Positions 32,219 through 44,390 of a stretch of 64,000 nt of DNA are shown here, piece by piece. Each line of letters opens with the position of its first letter. The stretch's first letter is position 1. Origin of the DNA: Octopus vulgaris (taxonomy: Eukaryota). Where the stretch lies: positions 77,624,001 to 77,688,000 of the forward strand of contig OX597827.1 in the NCBI GenBank assembly GCA_951406725.2. The letters run 5' to 3'. A program made the position numbers and the translations under genes. The notes beneath the pieces were generated by a model. The model ran no database searches. It was given only the letters and a program-made list of their open reading frames with translations, and was not told the origin of the DNA.

Positions 32219-32527
32219 GGAGCGCAGTGGCCCAGTGGTTAGGGTAGCGAACTCGCGGTTGTAGGATCGCGGTTTCAATTCCCTGACCGGGCATTGTGAG
32301 TGTTTATTGAGCGAAAACACCTAAAGTTCCACGAGGCTCCGGCCAGGAATGGTGGCGATCCCATCTGTACTCTTTTGCCACAATTTTCTCCCACTCTTTC
32401 TTCTGTTGGCCTGCTCGCTTAGCCAGCGGGGTGGTGTCATTAAAGGCTAAAAGAATGCAAAGCGCTTTGTGACCAGCGATGTGTAGCAACATCTGATAGC
32501 CTGGTGGATCACGGTGATCACGGTGAT
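32219..32527 (+). mobile_element. Third tRNA-derived SINE family, apparently full length
   Basis: A box TGGCCCAGTGGTTAGGG, B box GGTTTCAATTCCC, short tandem tail gatcacggtgatcacggtgat. Related diverged tRNA heads lie at about 12033-12190 and 49134-49280. Confidence 0.75.
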
Positions 32528-32803
32528 ATACATTTGTAGCACTTACTCAGCATTACCTGACACCTTTGGGTCTTATTGACACCGTTACCTCTCATAACCT
32601 CCATACATCTATACACAGACACACACACACAGGATGTCATGAAATGTGTACAACAAAAAAATATGAGACACACACACACTCACACACACACATACATCAC
32701 CTATGTCAAATTTCAAAGAATCCCCAACCCAGATGTGAGGCCTGTCTCCACCTGGATAGGTAAATAGTTGATCAGAAATTAACTGTAAAAACAATTGAAC
32801 TGC

Positions 32804-32968
32804 AGGCGCAGGAGTGGCTGTGTGGTAAGTAGCTTGTTTACCAGCCACACGGTTCCGGGTTCAGTCCCACTGCGTGGCACCTTGGGCAAGTGTCTTCTAC
32901 TATAGCCTCGGGCCGACCAATGCCTTGTGAGTGGATTTGGTAGATGGAAACTGAAAAGAACCCCGTCA

Positions 32969-33010
<42 letters not shown>

Positions 33011-33220
33011 TGTTTGTGTTTGTCCCCCTAGCATTGCTTGACAACCGATGCTGGTGTGTTTATGTCCCCGTTACTTAGCGGTTCGGCAAAAGAGACCGAT
33101 AGAATAAGTACTGGGCTTATAAAAAAAGAATAAGTCCCGGGGTCGAGTTGCTCGATTAAAGGCGGTGCTCCAGCATGGCCGCAGTCAAATGACTGAAACA
33201 AGTAAAAGAGAGAAAAGAGA
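32804..33220 (+). mobile_element. Full-length tRNA-derived CORE-type SINE (dominant family in window)
   Basis: A box TGGCTGTGTGG, B box GGTTCAGTCCC, CORE-like ACCTTGGGCAAGTG, internal (TA)n, tail GAAACAAGTAAAAGAG. Assignment to a named octopus family (e.g. OR2) was not verified. Confidence 0.85.
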
Positions 33221-33812
33221 GAACTAGAATCACTCATTAATTCCCAGTGCTCCTACTGCCTACAGCAAAGAATCATAACACCTACTAGAAATAACAGCTA
33301 AATCACCTTTAAATCATATCCTGTTGTCCTAGGCAAAGAAGGACACTTTGAATAATGTAGTCTGAGATATATATAATATCTGAAGAAAATGAAAGTGGGT
33401 GGTCACAACAGGATTGTACGTCTACTTAGTCATGTTGAAACAACAACAACAACAACAAAATATTACTTATGCCTAGGTGGGTCAGATTGTTCAGAGGTGA
33501 GTGTTGTGATTTGTGATAGGAATTGAACTGGAAACCTGGAAGTCTAGAAGTTGGTTGTCTGAGATTTGATCAAAGCAGCCGACCGGCCGTCTTGCTGTTG
33601 GGTTGCTGGAGTAAGGGGAGATAATAAAATAGTTTTCAAAAAAGGAATCCCCCCCACACATGAATAAACACACGTGCACAAACACAAATACACATGTATG
33701 AGTGTGTGTGTGTGTGTGTGTTGTGTGTGTGTGTAGTGTGGTATGTACATATGTTTGTGTGTATGTGTGCGTGTGTTTGTGTGTGTGTATATATATGTAT
33801 ATATATACATAT

Positions 33813-33866
<54 letters not shown>

Positions 33867-33996
33867 TCATACATACATTTCAGTCATATACTGGCCATAT
33901 ATACCCCTTATCGAGCAAATCCCAGGATATATTCTTTGTAAAGTATATATTCTATCGGTCTCTTTTGCCGATTAAATGATGGGGATAACACACAGC

Positions 33997-34027
<31 letters not shown>

Positions 34028-34030
34028 CAC

Positions 34031-34091
<61 letters not shown>

Positions 34092-34495
34092 TATGTATAT
34101 TGATATATAAAGATAGATAAATATGTAAAAAGACATATTAATAGATAAATGAATAAATGAATAGACAAACAGATATAAAGAGATAGATAGACAGATAGAG
34201 AAATAGATAGATAGATAGACAGATAGATAGATATATAGATAGAAAAATTGGTGCAGGTGTGGCTGTGTGGTTAAGATGTTTGCTTCCCAAGGCCACGGTT
34301 TTAGGTACGATCCTACTGTGTGGCCCCTGGTGCATGTGTCTTTTACTATTGCCATTGGTCAAGTAAAGACTGGGAGTAGGTTTGGTAAACGGGGACCAAA
34401 AGGAGACCATTATATACACATAGGGATTTATATCTATCTGTCCATCCATCCATCCACACACCCAACCATCCATCCATCCGTCTATCTGTCTGTCT

Positions 34496-34550
<55 letters not shown>

Positions 34551-34560
34551 GTCTGTCTGT

Positions 34561-34618
<58 letters not shown>

Positions 34619-34686
34619 ATCTGTATCTATCTATCTACCTATCTACCTATCTATCTATCTACCTATCTACTTATCTACCTATCTAC

Positions 34687-34717
<31 letters not shown>

Positions 34718-34764
34718 CTATCTATCTATCTGTCTGTCTATCTACCTATCTATCTACCTATCTA

Positions 34765-34808
<44 letters not shown>

Positions 34809-34963
34809 TCTGTCTGTCTGTCTGCCTGTCTGTCTGTTTGTCTATCTATCAATCTATCTATATATGTATGTATGTATGTATGTATATATATATATACATA
34901 TATACATTATATATATATGCATACATACATATATACATACATACATATATACATACATGCATA

Positions 34964-34994
<31 letters not shown>

Positions 34995-35512
34995 GTATAT
35001 ATATATATATATACATATGAACACGCGCGCGCACGTGCACACACACAAACACACGCGCATGCACTCGCTTCCTATTCATTGCATTACTTCCCCTCTAAAC
35101 ATTCTCTTTTCTTCCTCTCCTTCCTTATTCTCACCATTCCTACTCCTCCCTCCCCCCTCTCTCTCTCTCTTTCACTTCCTTTTGTCATTTTCACTCTGCC
35201 TCTCTTACTCATTACTTTACTTCCTTTCCTCTTCTCTCTCTCTCTCTCCTTGCCCCATTGAAAATAATCCCCCCCCCGCCTTACATAAACCCTAGCATTA
35301 CATAATTAAGGATTTTACTGTAGAAACGAACTGAGCTGTAAGAAATAAAATCAATCGTAATGTCTTTATTTAAAATTCTGTGAAAAAAATATAAATGTGA
35401 ACCTCCCCTGCTTCACCTCTCACCCCTCCTCCTCCTCCTCCTCCATCATCATCATCTTCATCATCATCATGATCATCATCACCACCACCACCACCACCAC
35501 CACCACCACCAC

Positions 35513-35935
35513 CACAATCTGCCCTTCAATCTGCACAATCTGCCCTTCACTCAATCTAGCCTTCACTCACAATCTGTCCTTCACTCTTCACAATCAAGCC
35601 TTCACTCACAATCTGCCCTTCACTCTGCACAATCTAGTCTTCACTCACAATCTGCCCTTCACTCACAATCTGCTCTTCACTCTGCACAATCTAGCCTTCA
35701 CTCGCAATCTGCCCTTCACTCTGCACAATCTAGCCTTCACTCACAATCTGTCCTTCACTCTTCACAATCAAGCCTTCACTCACAATCTGCCCTTCACTCT
35801 TCACAATCTAGCCTTCACTCACAATCTGCTCTTCACTCTGCACAATCTAGCCTTCCTTCACAATCTGCCCTTCATCTGCACAATCTAGCCTTCACTCACA
35901 ATCTGCCCTTCACTCTGAACAATCTAGCCTTCTTT
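35513..35935. repeat. Minisatellite of alternating 18- and 21-bp units
   Basis: cacaatctagccttcact alternating with cacaatctgcccttcactctg, about 20 units. Confidence 0.93.
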
Positions 35936-36293
35936 CTATACAAGCTTCCCTTCACTCATAACAATCTCACCTTTACTCAGCATAACCAAACTTTCATATA
36001 CAACAATCTGCCCTTCTCCTAAATAGTTACATTGAAAGAGATTGACCCCCAGTCTGCCTTCTTGACCCTTTTGATATCACCCCACTCAAGACTGCTCCTG
36101 GGTCTACGACACAAACTTACAGCTTAAAGTGATCTAATTAAAACATTCCATTCAAATTTCATATTAAATTTAGGTTCCAAACACCAGCTTAATATTGGTT
36201 TAGAATTTTTGCTCGAGGCCAGCTATTTCAGGTTGTTTACATTGACCCTCAATATTCAACTGGTACTTATTTTATCAGTCCAGAACGAGTGAA

Positions 36294-36880
36294 ATTGCAG
36301 TTCCATATTTAAAAGATGAGAAATTAAGTACATTATTTACATTTGACGGATATTTGTCCTCATCTTGTTTGTTGTTAACACATTTCAGCTGATATACCCT
36401 CCAGCCTTCATCAGGTGTCTTGGTGAAACTTCAAACCTGGGTTCTCATTCCTAAGGTATTTTTCAATGTTATTGTTGTTGTTGTTGTTATTATTATTATT
36501 CTGAGTTCGATTTCAAGGAGTGACCTGAATAATAATAATAATTTATTTCTTTATTGCCCACAAGGGGCTAAACATAGAGGGGACAAACAAGGACAGACAA
36601 AGGGATTAAGTCGATTACATCGACTAAGTGCGTAACTGGTTCTTAATTTATCGACCCTGAAAGGATGAAATGCAAAGCCAACCTCGGCGAAATTTGAACT
36701 CAGAATGTAAAGACAGACGAAATACCTATTTCTTTACTACCCACAAGGCATAGTTGACCTTGGTGGAATTTGAACTCAGACTATAAAGACAGATGAAATC
36801 CTAAGTGGAATTTGAACTCAGACTATAAAGACAGATGAAATCCTAAGCATTTTACGCAGTGAAATGATTCTGCCAGCTTG
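36294..36880 (-). mobile_element. Inverted copy of the composite SINE, with internal deletion and a 42-bp duplication
   Basis: 36294-36748 is the reverse complement of about 37097-37547. Track ORFs 36420..36635(+) and 37176..37409(-) are near-identical. Confidence 0.8.
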
Positions 36881-36886
36881 TTAAAA

Positions 36887-37546
36887 GGCAGTGAGCTGGC
36901 AGAATTGTTAGCAAGCCGGGCGAAATGCTTAGCAGTATTTCGTCTACCATTACGTTCTGAGTTCAAATTCCGCCAAGGTCGACTTTGCCTTTCATCCTTT
37001 CGGGGTCGATTAAATAAGTGCCAGTTACGCACTGGGGTCAATATAATCGACTTAATCCCTTTATCTGTTCTTGTTTGTCCTCTCTGTGTTTAGCCCCTTG
37101 TAGGTAGTAAAGAAATAGGTATTTCGTCTGTCTTTACGTTCTGAGTTCAAATTCTGCCGAGGTCGACTTTGCATTTCATCCTTTCGGGGTTGATAAATAA
37201 AGTATCAGTTTCGCACTGAGTCGATGTAATTGACTTAATCCCTTTGTCTGTCCTTGTTTGTCCCCTCTATATTTAGCCCCCTGTGGGCAATAAAGAAATA
37301 AATTATTATTATTATTCAGGTCACTCCTTGAAATTGAACTCAGAATAATAACAACAACAACATTGAAAAATACCTTAGGAATGAGAATCCAGGTTTGAAG
37401 TTTCACCAAGACACCTGATGAAGGCTGGAGGGTATATCAGCCGAAATGTTGTGTTAACAACAAACAAGATGAGGACAAATATCCGTCAAATGTAAATAAT
37501 GTAAATAATCTAAATAATTCCTCATCTCTTAAATATGGAACTGCAA
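36887..37546 (+). mobile_element. Composite SINE: tRNA head, duplicated Meta-like core and hammerhead-bearing Penelope-pLTR-like tail
   Basis: Head ggcagtgagctggcagaattgttagc; core repeated at about 36955-37120 and 37135-37300; tail contains CTGATGA...GAAA at 37415-37446. Confidence 0.75.
37410..37455 (+). ncRNA. Minimal type I hammerhead ribozyme motif (Penelope-like)
   Basis: Stem I GACAC/GTGTT, core CTGATGA, stem II GGCTG/CAGCC, GAAA, vestigial stem III, GTT triplet. Related copies lie at 22737-22782 (GAAA changed to AAAA) and 36377-36419(-). Confidence 0.7.
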
Positions 37547-37876
37547 TTTTGAAGAGATTCTTACACAAAAGATAATGTTAATTACCAGATAAATAAACAT
37601 TTGTCATATGATTAATTTAAAAGATAGTTATTTCTGTACACTTCTCATAAATTCCTGATTATTTTGGTAATTAAAATATAAAGGGCAGAATGGCATTTAA
37701 CTAAATTCTCTGTTATTTGCAGGTGTGGCAATTTGGTTAAAGAATTAACTTCTGAACCACTTGGTCTGAGGGTCAGTGCTACTGTGTGACATCTTTGGTA
37801 AGTGTCGTCTACAATAGCACCAGAGCAGTCACCACCTTGAGAATGAATTTCACAGATGGAAACTGGAAGAAGCCTG

Positions 37877-37926
<50 letters not shown>

Positions 37927-37931
<5 letters not shown>

Positions 37932-38272
37932 CGAAATCGGTCAAAATCAATGGAAATTGTAGTTGTGATACCAGTGCCGGTGGCATGTAAAAGAACCATC
38001 CGAACGTGGCCGTTGCTAGCGCCGCCTCAACTGGCCTCCCTGCCAGTGGCACGTAAAAAGCACCATCCAATCGTGGTTGTTGCCAGCCTCGTCTGGCACA
38101 TAAAAAGCACCCACTACACTCACGGAGTGGTTGGCGTTAGGAAGGGCATCCAGCTGTAGAAACACTGCCAGATCAGACTGGGCCTGGTGCAGCCATCTGG
38201 CTTCCCAGACCCCAGTTGAACTGTCCAACCCATGATATCATGGAAAGCGGACGTTAAACGATGATGATGATG

Positions 38273-38275
<3 letters not shown>
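37927..38275 (+). mobile_element. RTE-type 3' end, young-looking copy
   Basis: gtggcacgtaaaaagcacc repeats, conserved 3' UTR, ending ggacgttaaacgatgatgatgatg; CpGs retained. Confidence 0.75.
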
Positions 38276-38314
<39 letters not shown>

Positions 38315-39176
38315 CAATAAGAAAATGGAGGGGATCAATAGGTGGTTCATCAACTTTTAGACATTATATTATGTCAACTTATTCATTTATTTACTAAAAT
38401 GGCAATTACAAGAATATACATATTATGTATAACAGATTATGCTTTACATATAAAAACATATTAATATATAAAGATACCAGTAATTATTAAAATATAACAT
38501 ACAGGAATATAAATTGGGAAAATAACTTACAGCTGTTTCAGTCAAGAGGTAAAAATACCTCACTTTACCTTTATCTCTCCAGTTGACTGAAGTAATTAGT
38601 AGATGAAATTGAGGTACTTGGGTGTTTTTCTAGGCTTCGTCACAAATTTTATAAAGTACATAAGGTTGAGTTATAAATAAATATGAATATAAAATAAATA
38701 AATACATACACATTTAAATACTTATACTTATACATATACATATGCATACATATATAAATATACATAAATACTTATATATACACTTAAATGTACATACATA
38801 TTTACATTTATAAGCATACACAATAATCAATTATTATTAATAATATCAGATGTATTATATTATTCATATATAAATGTGTATGTGTGTGTGTATAGTGCCA
38901 GTGATATTGTTATATTGCGCTAATTTAATTCTTTCTTCCGACTAAATAACGAACTAAGTTTTGTGACTCTGCTTTATTTCATGCATTCACCTTAAAGTGA
39001 ACTTTTGACTGCCTTCTAATTTGCATATTGGTTTGTTTCGCAAGTGGCATGATACTTTTTGCACATGGATCTTTAGGTTCTGCTTTTTTTTTAATCACCA
39101 TGCATTTTTGAGTATATATTGCATTGTATTTGCTCACATATTGACTCCATTATTGGCTTGCATTTGAGTAATGTAG

Positions 39177-39680
39177 TCATCATCATCATCATCATCATCG
39201 TTTAACGTCCGCTTTCCATGCTAGCATGGATTGGACAGTTCGACCAGGGTCTGGGAAGCCAGGAGGCTGCACCAGACTCCAGTCTTGCCTGGCAGAGTTT
39301 CTACAGCTGGATGCCCTTCCTAACACCAACCACTCCATGAGTGTAGTGGGTGCTTTTTACATGCCACCTGCACAGGTGCCAGGGGAGGCTGGCAGCGGCC
39401 ACAATCAGTTGGTGCTTTTTACGTGCCACTGGCACGGAAGCCAGTCGAGGCGGCACTGGCATAATTCTGCATTAAAACATAACACACACGTAAAAGGCAC
39501 TTACTTTACACTGTGGAGTGGTTGGCATCAGGAAGGGCATCCAGCAGTAGAAACTAAGCCAAAATCAGACTGGAGCCTGGTGGAGTAGCTCCCCAACTTA
39601 CCAGTTCCAGTTAAACCGTTCAACCCATGCCAGCATGGAAAGCAGACGCTAAATGATGATGATGATGATGTTGATGATTT
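39177..39680. mobile_element. Divergent pair of RTE-type 3' ends (39177-39465 minus; 39485-39680 plus)
   Basis: (CAT)n tail on the left, (GAT)n tail on the right, with the same 3' UTR in opposite orientations. Confidence 0.75.
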
Positions 39681-40789
39681 GCATTTGTGTTTATTTTGCA
39701 AGATTCTTGATGTGAAACCGTGTGTTGAAACAGATATTGTTGTATTTGGGGAGGGGCCATATTTTTGCCATTTAAACACACGCCTTCAAGGGTTTCTAGT
39801 AGAAGAAATCGACCCCAGGACTTATTCTTTGTAAGCCTAGTACTTATTCTATCAGTCGCTTTTGCTGAACTGCTAAGTTAGAGGGACATAAACACACCCA
39901 CATCAGTTGTCAAGTGATTGTGGGAGGCAAACACAGATACACACATACACACACACATATGCGACATGCTTCTTTCAGTTTCCATCTATCAAATACACTC
40001 ACAAGGCTTTGGTCAGCCCAAGGCTACAGTAAAAGAAATTTGCTCAAGGTTCCATGCAGTGGAACTGAACTCAGAACTACGTGGTTGAGAAGCAAGCTTC
40101 TTACCACACATCCACGCCTATCATAAGGGAAAAGGACACGGGTTGGGACTTTGGTACCCCTTTACTCCAATGGTTGCATTTCAGTCTAAGGCAACTCATG
40201 ACATCCCACTACAGATGGAACCAGCTGTGGTCACTTTTAGGGCCAAGCATGGAACCAGCAACAGTGGGAGATTGAAGTGTTTAACACCAGAGCCACAGTC
40301 TATGTGGTCTGTTGAGTGCATCCACTCATGCCAATACACACACACATATACAGCAGAAGGCACTTGCCTAATGTACCATGAAGTGGGACTGAACTTCTGA
40401 CCACACGGTTGGCAAGCAAGCTTCTTAAATACCCCACCACACCTGACCCTATTTATCCATCCATCAATCTATATCTATATCTATCTATCCATCTTTGTCT
40501 ATCTATCTATCTTCCTCTCTCTCTCTCTATTTATCTATCAATTTCTCTTTCTCTATATATTTATCTACATATCTATCTGTCTATCTATCTTCCTTTCTCT
40601 TTCTGTCTCTATCTATCCATCTTTGTCTCTCTCTCTCTCTCTGTCTATCTATCAATTTCTCTTTGTATATATAGTTATCTACATATCTATCTATCTATCC
40701 ATCCATCTGTCTGTCTGGCTTTCTGCCTGTCTCTCTCTCTCTACACACACACACATAAAACAACGGACACATGCATACACACACACACA

Positions 40790-40992
40790 GACAAAACGCG
40801 TACAAAAACACACACACAGAGGCAAAACGCGTACACACACACACACACACAAAACGCGTACAAACACACACACACACACAGACAAAACGCGTACAACACA
40901 CACACACACACAGACAAAATGCGTACACACACACATACTCACACACACACACAGGGACAAAACGCGTACAAACACACACACACACACACACA
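40790..40992. repeat. Minisatellite CAAAACGCGTAC plus (AC)n, six units
   Basis: Six copies of the core (one reads CAAAATGCGTAC), separated by variable AC runs. Confidence 0.9.
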
Positions 40993-41527
40993 CCTCGCAA
41001 CTATTTCGTCTTCCCTCTCTTTATTAATATTTGTTAACCCTTCGTTCTCAGCCAGTTCAGTTCAGAGTCACGAATGCACCCCTTCTTCTTCTTCCTCCTT
41101 CGCTGCTGTGTGTGAGTGATTCAAGGCAAACCTCGCACACACACACAAGAAAACCAAGGCTAAGACGAGCAAGAAGCTCGGAATCAGATCAACCACCTTA
41201 GCGACAACAGTTTTGTGTTGAAAATTATCAATGCAGCTGTCAAAAAATTACCATTTTGTCTTTTTTCCCCGTTTTTCCAATTATTTTTATATATATCATA
41301 AATAATATAAAAAGAAATAATTACATATTTATGTATAATTTATATGTGTGTGTGTGTGTGTCCCCGAGAGTGTGTACGTGCGCGCCCGTGTGTGTATGTG
41401 TGTGTGTGTGGTATATAAAAGATACTAAAAGATATAGATAGATTTCTGAATATTATTATATATATTAAATATTGAATACGGGATGGTACACACGCGCGCG
41501 CACTATTGCTCACACACACTCGCAGAT

Positions 41528-41582
<55 letters not shown>

Positions 41583-41837
41583 ATAGATATCTATATCTAT
41601 ATATGTATGTATTAATTAATATATGATGTATTTTATTATTATAAAACGTGTGTGTGTCTATACGAAACTAGGTAGACACATACGCTCGTGCAAAAATATA
41701 CATACTACCCAAGGAAGGAACACGGACACACACACGCGCACGCACACACACACACACACACACACACAATACACAGCCGCCAATATCTCACCTATACGTA
41801 TACTCTTCCCGCAACGCGCAAAACTGTGTATGGGATA

Positions 41838-41870
<33 letters not shown>

Positions 41871-42920
41871 TACACACATTCGTACATACGCGCGCGCACG
41901 CTCCCACACTCACCCCAAATCGCACATATGCGCACACATTCCATTTACGAACACTATACACGCATGCATACGCTTACATATATACACGCATACCACAAAT
42001 ACACGCGCATATATATATATACATACACACACGCACGCACACACACAGATGTATGTGTGTGTGTGTCTTTTGTGTAAAAGCTCTATTGTATTTTATCGAT
42101 TTCCTTTCAATAATAGGTAGTAAATCAATTTTCACCAAGGAGGCGGGGATATAAGTGATTAAACTAATTACTAAATAACTGCTATTTATTATCAAACCAA
42201 CCCGTTCCCTATTCACAGAAGAAAATCAAAGACACCCACCAATGGCTTTCATATTCAACCCCTTAAGAAACGAATCTAGTCTAAATTCCCTTGACGCAAA
42301 TGTGATGTAATAAAATAATAATTGATATATATATATATAAGGGTAAGGAACAAACTAGATGTTGTGATATTCATGCCTTTCCTAACGATATCATTAACAA
42401 TGTACCGATATAAATATAATATTATATATATGTATATTCAAATATGAATATATATGTGTGTATATTATATATATATATATATATACACACATATATATAA
42501 TATATATTATATTATACGCACAGGGGATTCTGTAGGTGATCGATTGACATGTTAGAAGTAGCAGACAGCTCTCATTGTAATTAATCTCTACTATCTTAAT
42601 AAATTAAGGAAAGGGTGCGTTAGATATTGTAGTCCAATAAGGCGGGAGGGTCATGAACGGACTGCTTTCGATCGTAGGTCGTCTGCTGGATGACGCCCGA
42701 GACAACTGATATGTCTGTGTGTGTGTGTATACATGTATGTATGTATATATGTATGTATGTATGTGTATGTATGTATGCATCTTATATAGATAATGTTAAA
42801 AAAAACCAAGCGGTCTTTTTGAAGTATAACTATTTTAACATATGTGCCTGTATGTATATATATGTATACATATATTATACACACAAATTACTTGATATAT
42901 TTGTATGTATATATATATAT

Positions 42921-43125
42921 CCAGACAGATTTTTTTTTGTCTCCGTTTTTTTTTTATTTCTCTCCATCTGTTTTCTCTCATCATTTCTTTCTGTAGAAGA
43001 GCGTAGGCTCGAAATGTCAAAGACTCCTCCAATTTTCCTGAGCGTCAAACTAATAAACTAATATACACCTTTGTCATTCTCTCACCTGTCTTAGTCTTTC
43101 GTCTTTATTTTTACAGTTTGTGACT
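42921..43125 (+). mobile_element. Penelope pseudo-LTR-like element with variant hammerhead (42986-43023)
   Basis: TCTTT-CTGTAGA-A-GAGC-gtag-GCTC-GAAAT-GTC-AAAGA. Confidence 0.62.
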
Positions 43126-43544
43126 GTGTATGCAAGTATGTACGTATGTATGTATGTATGTATGTATGTATGTATGTATGTATGTATATACATAATACAA
43201 TTTTGTGTTGCTTTCTTAGCCCCCAAAAGTATATGATAACAACAATGTCAAATTGGGTCTTGACAAGAGAAGGCGCTAATTATAAATAAACGTACGACAC
43301 TTTTGCCGTCCCAAGAGCAGTAATAACCGAAGCGAAGTGAAATCGTTTCAATCAGGAAAGGAAACAGCAATCACCTCTAGTAAGCTCCCTATGAGAGTAT
43401 CCCTCTGTTACACACACGCACACATACTTACGTATGCACTTAACCTACATATACATTTATATATTTAGTTTATATAATATATTAATTTATGTATGTGTAC
43501 ACACACATTCTATTAGTATATATATCACTTTATCTACATGTGTG

Positions 43545-44223
43545 TCTCTCTCTTTCCCTCTTTATATACCCCATTACTTCTCTCTCTCTCCCTCCCTCTT
43601 TCTACTGCCATTATAATCTATTTTTTATTGTTCTTCTTCTCTCTCTTTCTAGACCACCATCTTCTTAATTCTCATACTCTATTTATATTTATCTATCTTC
43701 TTCTCTCCTTTATTACTTTATCCCTTTCTTCCACCTCCTTCATTTCGCAGTTTCTTTATTTCTCTCTCTCTCTTTCCTCCTCTCAGTCTTCGTTATTCTC
43801 TCCCTTTCCTTCTCCTCCATCCCCCTATTGCTTTTACTCTTCTTCCCCCTTTCTTTTCTATTCAAACCCTCTCTTTCTCCTCCTCATTCAGTCAGTCTAG
43901 CTGTCTCTTTCTTTCTTTCCGTCCTCAGTCTGAGTCCTTCTCTTTCTTTACTTATATTTTTCTTTTCTTTCTCTTTCCTCAGTCTCTGCCTTTCTCTACT
44001 CTAAATCTATATCTCCCTCTCCCTTTTCTCTTCTCTCACCCTGTCTTTCTTTTTCTCTTACTCTCCTCAGTCTCTATTTCTTCCTTTCTCTTCTCTCAGT
44101 CTATAGTTTTCCCTCCCTTCCTTTCTCTCTTGGTCTGTTGCCTCTTCCTTCCTCTTCTCTTTCCGTATATCCCTTCTTCTTTCCTCAATTCATATATTTC
44201 TCTCTTTTTCCTTTTCCTCTGCT

Positions 44224-44254
<31 letters not shown>

Positions 44255-44390
44255 CTTCACTCTGTCCACCCCGCCATCTCTTTCACTCTCTTCTATCCTT
44301 CTTCCACCCTACCTCGTTCCTCTACCCAACTTTATTTGCTTTTCTCCCTCCAAACTAAAACCTGTTTATTCCTAACCTCCTTCTTTTTCT
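43545..44390 (+). repeat. Polypyrimidine low-complexity tract, about 850 bp
   Basis: Strongly C/T-biased on the + strand. Shorter tracts lie at 12200-12640 and, as purines, 29865-30100. Confidence 0.85.

Noticed and set aside
32219-32292. Possible tRNA gene
   Set aside because: A and B boxes are present, but there is no proper cloverleaf and it continues into a SINE body.
34267-35295. Longest listed ORF (342 aa)
   Set aside because: A SINE fragment read through (TATC)n, (TA)n and a CT-rich tract; no protein features.
35513-35935. CRISPR-like periodicity
   Set aside because: No unique spacers, no cas genes, eukaryotic context; a plain minisatellite.
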